The notes beneath the pieces are model-generated. The model saw only the letters and a list, made by a program, of their open reading frames with translations, made no database searches and had not been told where the DNA came from. 64,000 bases of DNA from a virus. Of the stretch, positions 36,638 through 47,800 are shown piece by piece. A program made the position numbers and the translations under genes. The stretch is from the IMG/VR virus record IMGVR_UViG_3300026521_000151, positions 3,627 to 67,626 of that record; one strand, written 5' to 3'. Position 1 is the stretch's first letter, and every line of letters starts with the position of its first letter.

Positions 36638-36925
36638 ATGAGTCATTTAAACTCTAAAAAGGTAGAATTGATAAGAGAGTTGGCTGAGTTAGTTATAGAC
36701 TACTACGATTTAACTTACTTACCCAAAGATGATTTAGTTGAGTTAGTTGTGCGTGATATTAAGAAGTGTGATTTTAAAAGTAAGAAAGCAGTTATTAATA
36801 AAGTATTGAAAGTGTTTAGTTGTATTGAGTTGACAGATAACTTAGGGTTATCTTACTATATAAGTTTAAAATATAAGTATCTACCTAAGCAATTAAAACG
36901 TAAGTTGAAAACAAAATTTGTATAA
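36638..36925 (+). CDS. Hypothetical protein
   Basis: 95 aa; RBS follows R1 copy G. Confidence 0.55.
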   Translation: MSHLNSKKVELIRELAELVIDYYDLTYLPKDDLVELVVRDIKKCDFKSKKAVINKVLKVFSCIELTDNLGLSYYISLKYKYLPKQLKRKLKTKFV

Positions 36926-37092
36926 TAGTAGGGTAAAATACCGAGAGTATAATTAAATTTACAAGAAATTTTATACCTTATTTTAGGTATTTATTTATAA
37001 TTTTAAGTAAAAATATGCTAAAAGTTTATACACTGATAGGCATTATACCTATAGAGAGCGTGGTTGATGAGCCACAAACAAAGGAAATGTTT

Positions 37093-38418
37093 ATGGGAAT
37101 TTTAAAAAACATATTTGGGAAAGATAAATCCCCGCCAAAACAAAGTAATGAATTTAAAAACACAATACCATTAGAACAGAAAGCAAGTAAAAATAATAGG
37201 CTATTAGTTGATAATGTTAGTAAACCTACCTCAACTACTTACACTAATGCTTATAAGAATGCTGATATAGTTAATGCGTGTGTATCATACAGTGCTGATA
37301 TAGCAAGTCAAATAAAATTGAAAGTTATGACAGATAATAATGGAGAGTTAATCCCTATAAATGACAAGAAGATAAATGATTGGGTTAAACAACCTAATCC
37401 ATTTATGAGTTGGGCAACATTGTTCCAACTTTATTTTCAAAGTTATTTAGTTACAGGGAATGCCTACTTAACATTTGAGAAAGTAGGTATAGGTTATGAA
37501 AGTTGGGTTTTAGACCCTACTAAAACAGAAGTAGTACCTGATACAAGAAAGTATATATCAGGTTATATCTTTGATTCACAAATTAGCTATAGAGCTTCCG
37601 AAGTTATATTTATGAAAAATGGAGATATAACAAATGGTTATTATGGTTTAAGCCCAATAGCAAGTTTAATAGATATGTTAAGCATTGAGGGTTATGCTGT
37701 TGATGATTTAAAAGATTTTTATAGTAACTCAATGATTATGCAAGGTTTATTTACTTCGGAGTATCAACTAAATGAAACTCAAATTGAAAGTTTAAGAACA
37801 CAATTTAGAGCTTTATATGGTAAAGGTGGAGAAGATAGATTTGGTCATTTATTTATGGGTAACAATTTAAAGTATCAACCTATGAAAGTGAATGTTAAAG
37901 ACGGAATGCTTTTAGATGCTTTAAATATAAGTGAAGATAGAATATATAAACTATTTAGAATTAATCCTATTCTGTTAGGAGTAGGTAGAAGTAATTCAGG
38001 TGATGATATTAGATTGGCTAAAGAAAATTATTTAAACAATTTTATAAGACCTTTGGTTAATAAATTAATAGGTGAATTTACTACATTCTTTAGACGTGTG
38101 CTAAAGAACAATAATGTAGAAGTTATTTGTGATTACTCTAACATACCTGAAATAACAAATGCTATACAACAAAAAGTAGATTATGTTAGTAAAGCACAAC
38201 AAAACGGTATATTGAGTGTTAATGAAAGTAGAGATTTACTAAACTTACCAAAAGTAAGTGATAAGTGGGCTAATGAAAGGTTCTTACCTTCATTTTTATT
38301 AGGTACTCAACCTATTAGTTTGAATGGTGAACAAATAGATTTAAGCCCAACTAATCAACAAGTCAGTCCTTCAAATGCTAATGTTAATGGTGGTGGAGAG
38401 AATGATAATTTAAGATAA
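37093..38418 (+). CDS. Portal protein (HK97 family)
   Basis: PNPFMS, LVTGNAYL, YGLSPI, GILSVNESRDLLNL; start re-called after AAGGA. Confidence 0.92.
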   Translation: MGILKNIFGKDKSPPKQSNEFKNTIPLEQKASKNNRLLVDNVSKPTSTTYTNAYKNADIVNACVSYSADIASQIKLKVMTDNNGELIPINDKKINDWVKQPNPFMSWATLFQLYFQSYLVTGNAYLTFEKVGIGYESWVLDPTKTEVVPDTRKYISGYIFDSQISYRASEVIFMKNGDITNGYYGLSPIASLIDMLSIEGYAVDDLKDFYSNSMIMQGLFTSEYQLNETQIESLRTQFRALYGKGGEDRFGHLFMGNNLKYQPMKVNVKDGMLLDALNISEDRIYKLFRINPILLGVGRSNSGDDIRLAKENYLNNFIRPLVNKLIGEFTTFFRRVLKNNNVEVICDYSNIPEITNAIQQKVDYVSKAQQNGILSVNESRDLLNLPKVSDKWANERFLPSFLLGTQPISLNGEQIDLSPTNQQVSPSNANVNGGGENDNLR

Positions 38419-38428
38419 TGGAGTTGTT

Positions 38429-39232
38429 ATGAAGAATAAAGTATTTTTAAATACACAAACTAAATTATTGTCTAATGTTGAAGATGTGGCAATAATTGAA
38501 GGTTACGCTAATGCTAACACAAAAGATAGGGACGGAGATATAGTTATTCAGTATGGAATTGATTTAACTAACTTTAAGAAAAATCCTATTATGTTATATC
38601 AACACGATAGAAATAATCCTATCGGTAAAGTTGTTGCTGTTGAAGCTACCGATAAAGGGTTATATGTTAAATGTGAAATTTATAAAGCACTAAACCCACA
38701 AGCATATGCTGGTGTTGTTAATGGTGTATTAAAAACATTTAGTATAGGTTTTAGAGGTCTTGACGGGGAGTATAATGATGACACTGATACATTTTATTTT
38801 ACTAAAAGTGAGTTATTAGAAGTTTCAGTTGTATCAATCCCAGCAAATCAAGATAGTATTTTTGACTTAGTAGAGAGTCCCTGTGGTGATGGTTTTTGCT
38901 TATTAGGCAAAAAAGGTTATAAACCAGAGGGAAGTATAAAAAAAGAAATACAAGCAAAGGAACAAGATATGTCAGAAGAAGTTGTTAAGCTGTTAGAAGA
39001 GATAGCTAAATCAAATAAAGAGTTATTAGCTTTACAGTTAGAAAAACAAGAACAAGCTAAAGGTGAAGAAACACCTGAGGTTGAGGAAGCACCTGAGGTT
39101 GAAGAGAAAGAGTTTAACTTAGTAGCTCACATAGAAGAGTTAGAAGTTAAAGAAGGACAATTTGAAGCTTTATTAAAAGCACAAGAAAAATTATCAGCAA
39201 AACTAAATAAATTTGTTGAAGAAAACATATAA
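38429..39232 (+). CDS. HK97-type prohead protease
   Basis: IEGYAN, DRDGD, MLYQHD, FSIGF, LLEVSVVSIPAN. Confidence 0.93.
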   Translation: MKNKVFLNTQTKLLSNVEDVAIIEGYANANTKDRDGDIVIQYGIDLTNFKKNPIMLYQHDRNNPIGKVVAVEATDKGLYVKCEIYKALNPQAYAGVVNGVLKTFSIGFRGLDGEYNDDTDTFYFTKSELLEVSVVSIPANQDSIFDLVESPCGDGFCLLGKKGYKPEGSIKKEIQAKEQDMSEEVVKLLEEIAKSNKELLALQLEKQEQAKGEETPEVEEAPEVEEKEFNLVAHIEELEVKEGQFEALLKAQEKLSAKLNKFVEENI

Positions 39233-39247
39233 ACACAAGGAGTATTA

Positions 39248-40471
39248 ATGAGTTTAGAATTAGTTAGAAACCTTAAAGGTGAAGTAGAATCACTAAAGAA
39301 AGAGTTAGAATCAGCGAAAGAAGCTGGAAGTAAAGTAGCTGAGCTTGAAAAAGAGTTTGGAGTATTTAAAGCAGAAGCTGAAAGACAAGTACCAACAGCA
39401 GAGAAAGAATTACCTGTTGCTGAACTAAAAGAAAAAGCAGCAAACTTAAAACTTAAATCTATTCTAACAGGTAGAGAGATGACAGCAACAGCTGAATATA
39501 AACAAATTGCGGGACAAATTGAGAAAGCAATTAAACCTTCTGATATTCCTAATTGGGTAGAGGAAGCATTCGCAAGTGAAATTTTAACAAAAATGGAACT
39601 TGATTTAAAAGTTGCTTCATTATTTGGAAGTTATACAATTCCTGAGAATGTTCAAGTATTATCAGTACCAAGATTAGACGCAGGTGCAGGTGAAGGTTTC
39701 TTAATTAATCCAGCAGATGACGCTATTGAAAGTGCATTAACAAGTGGTAAAGTACAATTCCAAGTTACTAAAATTAAATCATTAGTTGTTACAGCTGACG
39801 AAGCAAACCAAGAAGCAGTTATCAGTACTTTAATGGATGTTGTTAAATCTGAATTAGGTAAATCACTTGCGAGAGGTGTTGAAAAAGCTATTGTAAATGG
39901 TGACCAAGACACAGGTGATGATAACATTAACGGTGACCCTGCTGCGACTGACGTAACAAGAGCTTATGCAAAAGGTCTTAGAAAATATGGTTTAGTAAAT
40001 ACAGTAGACGCTGGTGGTGATGCAATCACTCTTGATGATATTAAAGCAGCAAGAAAAGCTATGGGTGTATTTGGTGTTAATCCAGCTGATATGGCATTAA
40101 TTATCAATCCTGAAACACTTTATGATTTACTTGGAATTGATGAAGTATTAACAGTTGACAAAATTGGTTCTGATAGAGCTGTTTTAAGAACAGGTACAAT
40201 CGCAAGTATCTTTGGTATCAATGTTATTATCTCTGAATATATCCCACATAATTTAGGTGCTGACGGTAAAGTAGCTGATGACGGTACAAAAACTGCTGCA
40301 TTACTTGTACACTTACCTTCATTTAGAAGAGCAAAAAGAAATGCTGTATCATTAGAGCAAGATAGAAACATTGTAAATGGTACTAACTTATATGTTGGTC
40401 AAACTTACACTGACTTCAAAATGACATCAGTTGCTGGTAATTCAGTAGTATCAATCATTAACTTAGCTTAA
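39248..40471 (+). CDS. Major capsid protein (HK97 fold)
   Basis: Coiled-coil N-terminal scaffold, AIVNGD, IFGINVIISEYIP; follows the protease. Confidence 0.9.
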   Translation: MSLELVRNLKGEVESLKKELESAKEAGSKVAELEKEFGVFKAEAERQVPTAEKELPVAELKEKAANLKLKSILTGREMTATAEYKQIAGQIEKAIKPSDIPNWVEEAFASEILTKMELDLKVASLFGSYTIPENVQVLSVPRLDAGAGEGFLINPADDAIESALTSGKVQFQVTKIKSLVVTADEANQEAVISTLMDVVKSELGKSLARGVEKAIVNGDQDTGDDNINGDPAATDVTRAYAKGLRKYGLVNTVDAGGDAITLDDIKAARKAMGVFGVNPADMALIINPETLYDLLGIDEVLTVDKIGSDRAVLRTGTIASIFGINVIISEYIPHNLGADGKVADDGTKTAALLVHLPSFRRAKRNAVSLEQDRNIVNGTNLYVGQTYTDFKMTSVAGNSVVSIINLA

Positions 40472-40606
40472 TAGTTAAAACATAAAGGCTGTTTTCCTTT
40501 ATGTTACTTCCACACAAGCTTACAAAATATATTGTGATTTGTATGTTCAACAAATCAGTAAATTAATAAGGAAGACACTAATAAGTTGTCTTCATCTTTA
40601 TTAGAT

Positions 40607-40660
40607 AAATTTCATATAAAGGCTGTTTTTCCTTCTTTTCAGCCTTTATATGAAATTTTA
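40607..40660 (+). terminator. Long hairpin after MCP
   Basis: AAATTTCATATAAAGGCTG...CAGCCTTTATATGAAATTT 19-bp stem. Confidence 0.65.
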
Positions 40661-40675
40661 ATTAAAGGATTATAG

Positions 40676-40930
40676 ATGAGTTATAAAGTACAACTAAAAG
40701 ATAAAGGTTCTATGATTATTGACGGGGAAAAATACCCATTCAATCAAATTAGAACTGTAAGTAAAAAAGTATTTGAGTACATTAAAGTTACATTTCCTAC
40801 TAAGTTTAATTTCTTTGGTGAGCCTGAGAGAAAGGTTGTTAAAACAAAAGAAAGTAAAGTTGAAGAGAGGGCAAAAGAAAAAGTAACAGAGGAAGGTAAA
40901 GGTTATACAAGAAAATCTTCTAAAAAGTAA
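40676..40930 (+). CDS. Small basic protein of the head module
   Basis: 84 aa, AAAGGA RBS, position after MCP. Confidence 0.55.
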   Translation: MSYKVQLKDKGSMIIDGEKYPFNQIRTVSKKVFEYIKVTFPTKFNFFGEPERKVVKTKESKVEERAKEKVTEEGKGYTRKSSKK

Positions 40931-40940
40931 GGAGCTATAA

Positions 40941-41492
40941 ATGGCTGATAATAAATTTTTAGATGAATTTAAAGAGTACAAAGATATTCCTACGGATAAC
41001 ACAGATACTGACACTATTTTAAATAAAGTATTAGATGGGGCTGAAAGCTACCTTAAAACACAATACTATGTTTATTTAGAAAAAGAAAGTTTAACTAAAA
41101 AATTGAATGGTAAAAACTATAATTTTGTTGTTCTACCTAATAAGTATATTAGTTTAACTTCTGTTAAAATTGATGGTGTAGATATTGATTTAGCTAATTT
41201 CTATGTTTCAGGTAATTTAGTTTATTACATAAATAACATATTTAGTTTTGGTGTACAAAACATTGAAGTAGATTTTGACATAGGTTTTGAAGATAGTGAT
41301 GATATTCCTGCTGACTTAAAAGTAGCTTTCTTTATTGTAGCTGATAAGTTGTACGAGAATGTACAACAAAATACTAACACGATAGATTACAGCGCTGATA
41401 GTAATTTTGGTAGAGTTAAAACATTAAATACACTACCTGATACTTTCTATCGTTTATTACAACCACACATAAGTCCTGTGCTTGGTGTGTAA
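40941..41492 (+). CDS. Head-tail adaptor/connector
   Basis: LDEFKEYKDI...D..L...AESYL and IPADLKVA pattern typical of gp6/gp15-like adaptors. Confidence 0.75.
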   Translation: MADNKFLDEFKEYKDIPTDNTDTDTILNKVLDGAESYLKTQYYVYLEKESLTKKLNGKNYNFVVLPNKYISLTSVKIDGVDIDLANFYVSGNLVYYINNIFSFGVQNIEVDFDIGFEDSDDIPADLKVAFFIVADKLYENVQQNTNTIDYSADSNFGRVKTLNTLPDTFYRLLQPHISPVLGV

Positions 41493-41495
41493 GTT

Positions 41496-42110
41496 ATGAG
41501 TAAGCTAACTACTGAGAGTATTAGATTACTTAAATACTTAGATGAACTATTAGCTTTTAATCATACTTTTGATTCAGGTATTGGAAAGAAAAAGATAAAA
41601 GGTGTTTCGGGTACTATGTATAGTGTGTTACTAAACACTATGGCTGAAGAGGTTAAAAAGGCAGAGAGTGAGTGGATAAAGGAATTAAAACCTAAATTAT
41701 CTACACCACTACCTTATAAGTATAAATACAAAAAGCGACCACAAGGTAGAATGTTTCCTTTTAGAATACCTAAGTCAAATGATTTAGTTAATTCTCTATC
41801 GACTGATTTTGTAAGTAATTACACGAATGGTACTATTGACATTAAAGCTTGGGCTGAGATAAATTCATTACACGCTTTATTAACTAATTATGGTTTTAGT
41901 AGAGCAGGTAAAGGTACATCTAAAGGTAAGTGGGCTGAGAATAATTGGATGGAAAAAGTGTTTTACTCTGACAAACCTTATGGTAATAGCAAATATGGTT
42001 ATGTAACTTCGTTTTCTACAATAGTGCATAATATATTTAGAAGTAAAAGATTATATAATAGAATTTACTACCTTAAAAAGAAATTAAGGGGGGAGTTAAA
42101 CTTTGAGTAA
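41496..42110 (+). CDS. Putative neck/tail completion protein
   Basis: Basic 204 aa; syntenic position. Confidence 0.5.
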   Translation: MSKLTTESIRLLKYLDELLAFNHTFDSGIGKKKIKGVSGTMYSVLLNTMAEEVKKAESEWIKELKPKLSTPLPYKYKYKKRPQGRMFPFRIPKSNDLVNSLSTDFVSNYTNGTIDIKAWAEINSLHALLTNYGFSRAGKGTSKGKWAENNWMEKVFYSDKPYGNSKYGYVTSFSTIVHNIFRSKRLYNRIYYLKKKLRGELNFE

Positions 42111-42510
42111 GAGAAAAGATATATTTGATAAAATAGTAGATATTGTAAGTAACAATGATAACATCAAACACACCTATATAAACGTTGCACCTACTTGGGG
42201 TAATGTTAGAGTGTTTCCTGCATCTGCTGTATTATTAGATACAGAAAATATAGAATTAAAAGAATATAGTTGCTCTACAGATAGAGAACTAACTGTGCTT
42301 ATATTGATTTATAATAAGCATAAGAACAATGATTATTCAGATATACTATCGGATATTTTAGATAGTATAGAGGATGATTTGAAGAACGATAGTGATTTAA
42401 GGGACTTAACTACTATTAGTTATCCTGAAACAATTACACAAGATGGTGGGATTTTATATCCTTTCACTATGGCAGAAATAGCTTTCAAGGTTAGATATTT
42501 TGAAAGCTAA
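42103..42510 (+). CDS. Putative tail terminator
   Basis: 135 aa, FPASAV; position before the tail tube. Confidence 0.6.
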   Translation: MSKRKDIFDKIVDIVSNNDNIKHTYINVAPTWGNVRVFPASAVLLDTENIELKEYSCSTDRELTVLILIYNKHKNNDYSDILSDILDSIEDDLKNDSDLRDLTTISYPETITQDGGILYPFTMAEIAFKVRYFES

Positions 42511-42529
42511 AATTAGATAAGGAGCTTAA

Positions 42530-43597
42530 ATGGCAAGAAAGACGAGAGGGATAGTAACTCAAATTAAAAAAGAGGATACTTTCAATGGTGGGGCTACATT
42601 TGATGATAGCGATGTAGTAGTAGCTAATGAGGCAACAATTACACCTAAAACTGATATGGTTGATAGAAAATTTTTAAACTGTGACATTGTTAAATTAGGT
42701 GGTGTACCTGTTAGAAATACAACAGATGGTACAGTTAGTGTTGAGATAGTTGCAGATACATCTGATACTGACACAGATTTCTTCGGTAAGGTTTTATTTG
42801 GTGCTGGTTTTGGTTATAAAAACGTACCAGGGCACGCAGGAGATGATACTGATAATGGTAAAGGTGGATTTGTAGGTAAAGATAGTGCAGGTAATGACGC
42901 TGATATGGTATCACTTGCTGATGATAATACAGCAGGTACTGATATTGTTTATTATGTTGCACATAAAGCAAGTGGTAATACTGCTGGTGAAGAATCAACT
43001 TACTCAATCGCAGTTAGAAAATTCTACGACGCTGACACAGTATGTTTATATACAACAGGTGTAAGAGCAAATAAAGTTGATATTTCAGTACCAACAGCTG
43101 ATATTATTACAGCAAGTTTTGGTGTTGAAGGAAGTGATTATACAACTCCAACTGACCAAACTAAACCAGCTTGTAGCACAATTACTGCTGCACCTTTTGT
43201 AGGTAAAAGTGCTACATTCAAGTATAAAGGTAATACTGTAAATGCTATGGATTTACAAGTTTCAGTAGCTAATACAATCGCTAATGAAGATTCATTAACA
43301 AGTGCTGGTTATACTGATAAAATTATTACTGAAAAAGCAATTAGTGGTTCATTTAAAATCTTATTTGAAGATTTCAGTTACTTAGATGAGTTAAAAGAAC
43401 AAACTATTGGTACACTTTATCTAAACGTTAAAGTAGGTGATAATGAGTTTGGTTTATATTTACCGAGAGTTAAAGTTCAAGATTATCAAGTAACGGATAA
43501 CTCAAATATGTTAGTTGAAGCTACTGTTAATTTCATAGGTGAAACAGATACATCATTAGTACCTGCTCCTGAAGCTATTTTAGTGGGGATTAAATAA
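42530..43597 (+). CDS. Major tail tube protein
   Basis: 355-aa beta-rich protein, ISGSF, LYLPRVK; synteny. Confidence 0.75.
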   Translation: MARKTRGIVTQIKKEDTFNGGATFDDSDVVVANEATITPKTDMVDRKFLNCDIVKLGGVPVRNTTDGTVSVEIVADTSDTDTDFFGKVLFGAGFGYKNVPGHAGDDTDNGKGGFVGKDSAGNDADMVSLADDNTAGTDIVYYVAHKASGNTAGEESTYSIAVRKFYDADTVCLYTTGVRANKVDISVPTADIITASFGVEGSDYTTPTDQTKPACSTITAAPFVGKSATFKYKGNTVNAMDLQVSVANTIANEDSLTSAGYTDKIITEKAISGSFKILFEDFSYLDELKEQTIGTLYLNVKVGDNEFGLYLPRVKVQDYQVTDNSNMLVEATVNFIGETDTSLVPAPEAILVGIK

Positions 43598-43690
43598 TAG
43601 TCTGACTAACTTGTAACCCTTTTGGGTTGCTTTGTTTAAGAACATTAAGGTGAATTTAAACAAAGCAAAAATAAAATTAAGGAGCTTAAA

Positions 43691-44083
43691 ATGGCAATCA
43701 AAGCAATCAAAAGACAAAGTGAATATAAATATATTCCATTAGAAGAAAGAGGAGAAAAGAAACCTACTACTTTCTATTTTAAACCATTAGATAAAGAAAC
43801 AAAAGCAAGACTTGAAGATAAATTAGTAACAGTTAATAAAGATGAAACAATTAATATCAGTAATGCTACTTATATTTTAGAAGCATTTAGAATTTGTGTA
43901 GTTAAAGTTGAAAACTTTGTTGATGAAAAAAATAGAGAAGTACCTATCGTTAGAGGTAAAGATGGTTTAGTTGTATATGACTTTTTAGATATGCTACCTG
44001 ATAGTATTATTCAAGAAGTAGGACAAACAATTATTAACATTTCAAAATTCCCAGATAAAGCTGACTTATTCTTAGGTGAATAA
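43691..44083 (+). CDS. Tail assembly chaperone
   Basis: 130 aa between tail tube and TMP; PTTFYFKPL. Confidence 0.65.
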   Translation: MAIKAIKRQSEYKYIPLEERGEKKPTTFYFKPLDKETKARLEDKLVTVNKDETINISNATYILEAFRICVVKVENFVDEKNREVPIVRGKDGLVVYDFLDMLPDSIIQEVGQTIINISKFPDKADLFLGE

Positions 44084-44187
44084 ATAGGTAAACATAGCCT
44101 ACCACTCCTACTATAGAGGGTCTTCGGTAGGTTTTTATTATATTTTAGACATTATTTGATTTTTAAAATATAATAAAAAGGAACACA

Positions 44188-44853
44188 ATGGATAAATACC
44201 CTATACATAAATTAGAATTTACTTACAAAACTCATTTAGTTGATGAAGGTTTACCTGTAATAATTGAGTATAGAGTTCTATCTAAAGCTGAATTACTCAA
44301 TTTACATTCAAAATACTACATACAAAACTCTCCAAATAATACATATAAATTTAAAATAGTTTATACTTCCCTCCTTAATGCTTACAAAGAATACACAGAA
44401 CTACTTTCCGATAATGAACTAAATGATATATATAATAACATAGTAAAATACTCTACAATTAATGTAGACACACTTGAAGAACTTAAAGATAGCTTTACAA
44501 TATCAAGTCACCAACCTTTACAGACAGATACATTTGATTGTGCATATTGTAAAGAAACAGGTTATTTACAGAAAACAAGGAATTGCGGGTATTTAACTGA
44601 TTGTTCAGATTGTAACAAAGACTTTACTTACGTTATTGACGGTAAACTGTATAGACAATGCCCAAAGAGTTTAGTTAATACAATGCTACTTAAAGCTGGT
44701 TATGACTGTTATTTTATGTATAATAAAGGTTTATTACCCGAACAAGGTGGTATGTTAGACCAAACAGAGTTTTTTAACGAGGTTAGTATTAGTATGTTTA
44801 ATTGGTTAAAAAAATATGAAAATGACATACTAAGTAAATCTGACGACCGATAG
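44188..44853 (+). CDS. Putative second tail assembly chaperone (Cys-rich)
   Basis: CAYC...C...CSDC...CP; GLLPEQGGMLDQT; precedes TMP. Confidence 0.55.
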   Translation: MDKYPIHKLEFTYKTHLVDEGLPVIIEYRVLSKAELLNLHSKYYIQNSPNNTYKFKIVYTSLLNAYKEYTELLSDNELNDIYNNIVKYSTINVDTLEELKDSFTISSHQPLQTDTFDCAYCKETGYLQKTRNCGYLTDCSDCNKDFTYVIDGKLYRQCPKSLVNTMLLKAGYDCYFMYNKGLLPEQGGMLDQTEFFNEVSISMFNWLKKYENDILSKSDDR

Positions 44854-44870
44854 ATAGAAAAGGAATATAA

Positions 44871-47800
44871 ATGTTTAATAATGACAACAATAAAGTAAAG
44901 ATAGACTTAGGTGTTGATTTTTCTCTTTTAGGGGAGAAGTCAGCCGAAGAGGCTTTTTACAAACTACAAGGTAAGGCTAAAACACTCACAGCCGAATTAC
45001 TAAAATTACAGCAAATAGCGAGTAACACTGAATCATTTAAGAAGTATGATTTAGGTATTACAGCTCTTGCAGAGGACTTAGGAAAATTAGCAATAGATAG
45101 TAAGAATGTTGATTTAACAAGTGTAGCTAAAGAGGTAGCTTATTTAGAGAGCGTAACTAAATCACTTACTAAACAATTAACTACAATGAGTACAGCTGTT
45201 GAATCAGATGTGACTAAATCTATTGACGTACTTTCAAACAAATTTACACTACTTAACAAACAACTTATAACTTTTAAATCTCAAAATAATAACTTACTCC
45301 CTGATAATATGAAACAATCATTAACTACGAGGGAAACACAATTAAATAAATTTATTAGTACTATTCATAATTATAAAAAAGAGTTAATAAACTTACAAAA
45401 AGTGTATGATAATAGTTTAAATAATGGTGATAGTAATGGAGCAAAACAGACGCTACAATCTATTGAGTCTATTAAATCTAAGATAAAAGAATTAAATAAA
45501 GACTACACTATTTATAATAGTAGAGTTAGAGATAGTATTAAACAAGCTAAAGATAGTATAGTTGTAGATAAAGATAAATTAAATTATCTAACTAGATATA
45601 AAAAAGGGTTAATAGAGCTTGAAAGACAATATAAAGTTTTAGAATCATTTAAAGGTTATAAAGATGTTGTTGTTGATGATAGTATGTTACTTAACTCAAA
45701 GAAACATATAACAGACTTAAACGCTTTAATCAAAGACACAGATAATTTAAGTATGGATGACTTACTTAGTGGTTATAATAAATTAGACCACGCTATTAAG
45801 TCTATTAAACAGAATGTTAAAGATTTAGCTCCTGCACTTACAAAACAAGATTCACTTAAAATTATAAATGATTATGAAAAGAAATTAGCTAATTTACAGA
45901 AAACTATTAATAACAGAAGTCATTTAGCTCCTGACGAATCTATAAAAAAATCAAGAGAATATGTTGTATCATTAGAAAAAGAGATAAATAGATTAAAGAA
46001 AGCTTATCAATCTGAAACAACTGCATTTCTTAAATCAGGGCATACACATAACTCTACATTAATTGAAGCTAAGAAAAATGTTAATAGTTTAAATAAAGAT
46101 ATAGCTGTACTAACAGAGGGTTTAAATAAACAAAGCCACACTAAATTTTTTGGTGAGATAGCTAAAAGGGCTACTGTGTATATGGGGCTATTCCAAACTA
46201 TTAGCTTTATTCAAAATACATTAGCTAATGGTGTAAGGTTTATAGCTGAGTACGATGGGGCATTACATAAACTACAAGCAGTAATGGGTGTATCAAACCA
46301 AGAAGCTAAAAGTTTAGAACAAACATTTATGCAGTTAGGGCAAACATTTGGTGGGAGTTTAGAATCTATTAACAAAGTAGCGTTAGATTTAGGAAGAGCA
46401 GGTATTGCTTCGAAAGATTTAGCTGATGCTACTAAGGTAACTATACAAATGGCACTACTTACAGGTGATACATATGAAGTATCAACACAAGCTATTGTAG
46501 GTTACTATACAACATTCGGTAAAATGGTAGCAGAGCAGTATAATGGTGCAAATGCTATGGAAGTTATAGGTAATAAGTTAGCTAAAATAGCCAATGATTC
46601 AAGACTTACAACACAAGACATAGCAACATCAGGGAACTACTTACTACAAATGACTAAAAATGTTGGAGCAAGTATTGATATGGTTGGTGCTTTACAAGTA
46701 GCTTTATCAAATGCAGGTGTTAACGCCTCTACAATAGGTACGAGTGTATCAAGATTTTTTACTATTTTAAAATCAGGTAGTAAGGACACAAAAGATTTAT
46801 TCTTCCAATTAGGTATAAACACTAAAAACTTTGTAGCTGATTTAAAGAAAGGTGGTAAAGTAGGTAAAGACGCTTTCAACCAATTTTTAATTAAATTAAA
46901 ACAAGTAGATAAAGTTAAATTTGATAACCTTACAAGTAACTTGCAAATACTTGACCAAAAAGCACTACTCGGTGTATATAACAATGTTGATGCTATTATT
47001 GAAGAGTTTAAAACATTAGGTGAAACATCTGCTGGTGAATTAGATTCAGCAAGTATTATAGCTAATTCTTACGTTAATATATGGGAAAGATTTAAAAATT
47101 TATTAGGTGAAATAGCGACTAAGATTAAACCTGTTACAGATATAGCTGTTAAAGGTTTACAGAGTGCTGGTTGGGTTGCAAGTTTAGCTATGAATCCTAA
47201 TCAAACATTAGATAAATATAACATAGCTCAAAAAGCTACTGACATCACGACAAAAGAACAAGAGCTAAAAAGATTAGAAGCTTTACAGAAAGTTACAGGT
47301 AATTATACGGATGAGATTAGAAACCTTAAGCTTGAATTGATTAGTTTAAAACAACAACTTAAATTTCTAAATAATAGTTTTAGTACTAAGACCGTTATAG
47401 CAGACACAAATAAAGAATTTAGTGCTTATAGTAAATATGATAGTGTCACAAAAGGTGTTGAAACTACTCAAGATATAACAAATATGAGTAGGAGGTTCTT
47501 AGCTAACAATAAAGCTGATGAATTAGCTAAATACTTAGACATATTACATACTAAAAATGAAAAAGTGTATGATAAAGTGATGAATGCTTTATTGTCTAAA
47601 GCTAAAACTGATGAAACTTTTGGGTCTATGTTTAAAAGTGCTTTAGGTGTTTCTAATGATTTTTTAAATTATAGTATGAAGTTTCAAGAACTCTTAGGTA
47701 AATATGCTATGAGTAATAAAGCTAATGCTAATAATTTACAAACATTAGCTCCTAATATGAACTTAGACGTAAGTAAAAAAGGTACATTTGTTGGTTATAA

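Noticed and set aside
44050-44190. Programmed -1 frameshift between tail chaperones
   Set aside because: No XXXYYYZ slippery site before the stop, and the second ORF has its own RBS after a 104-bp gap.
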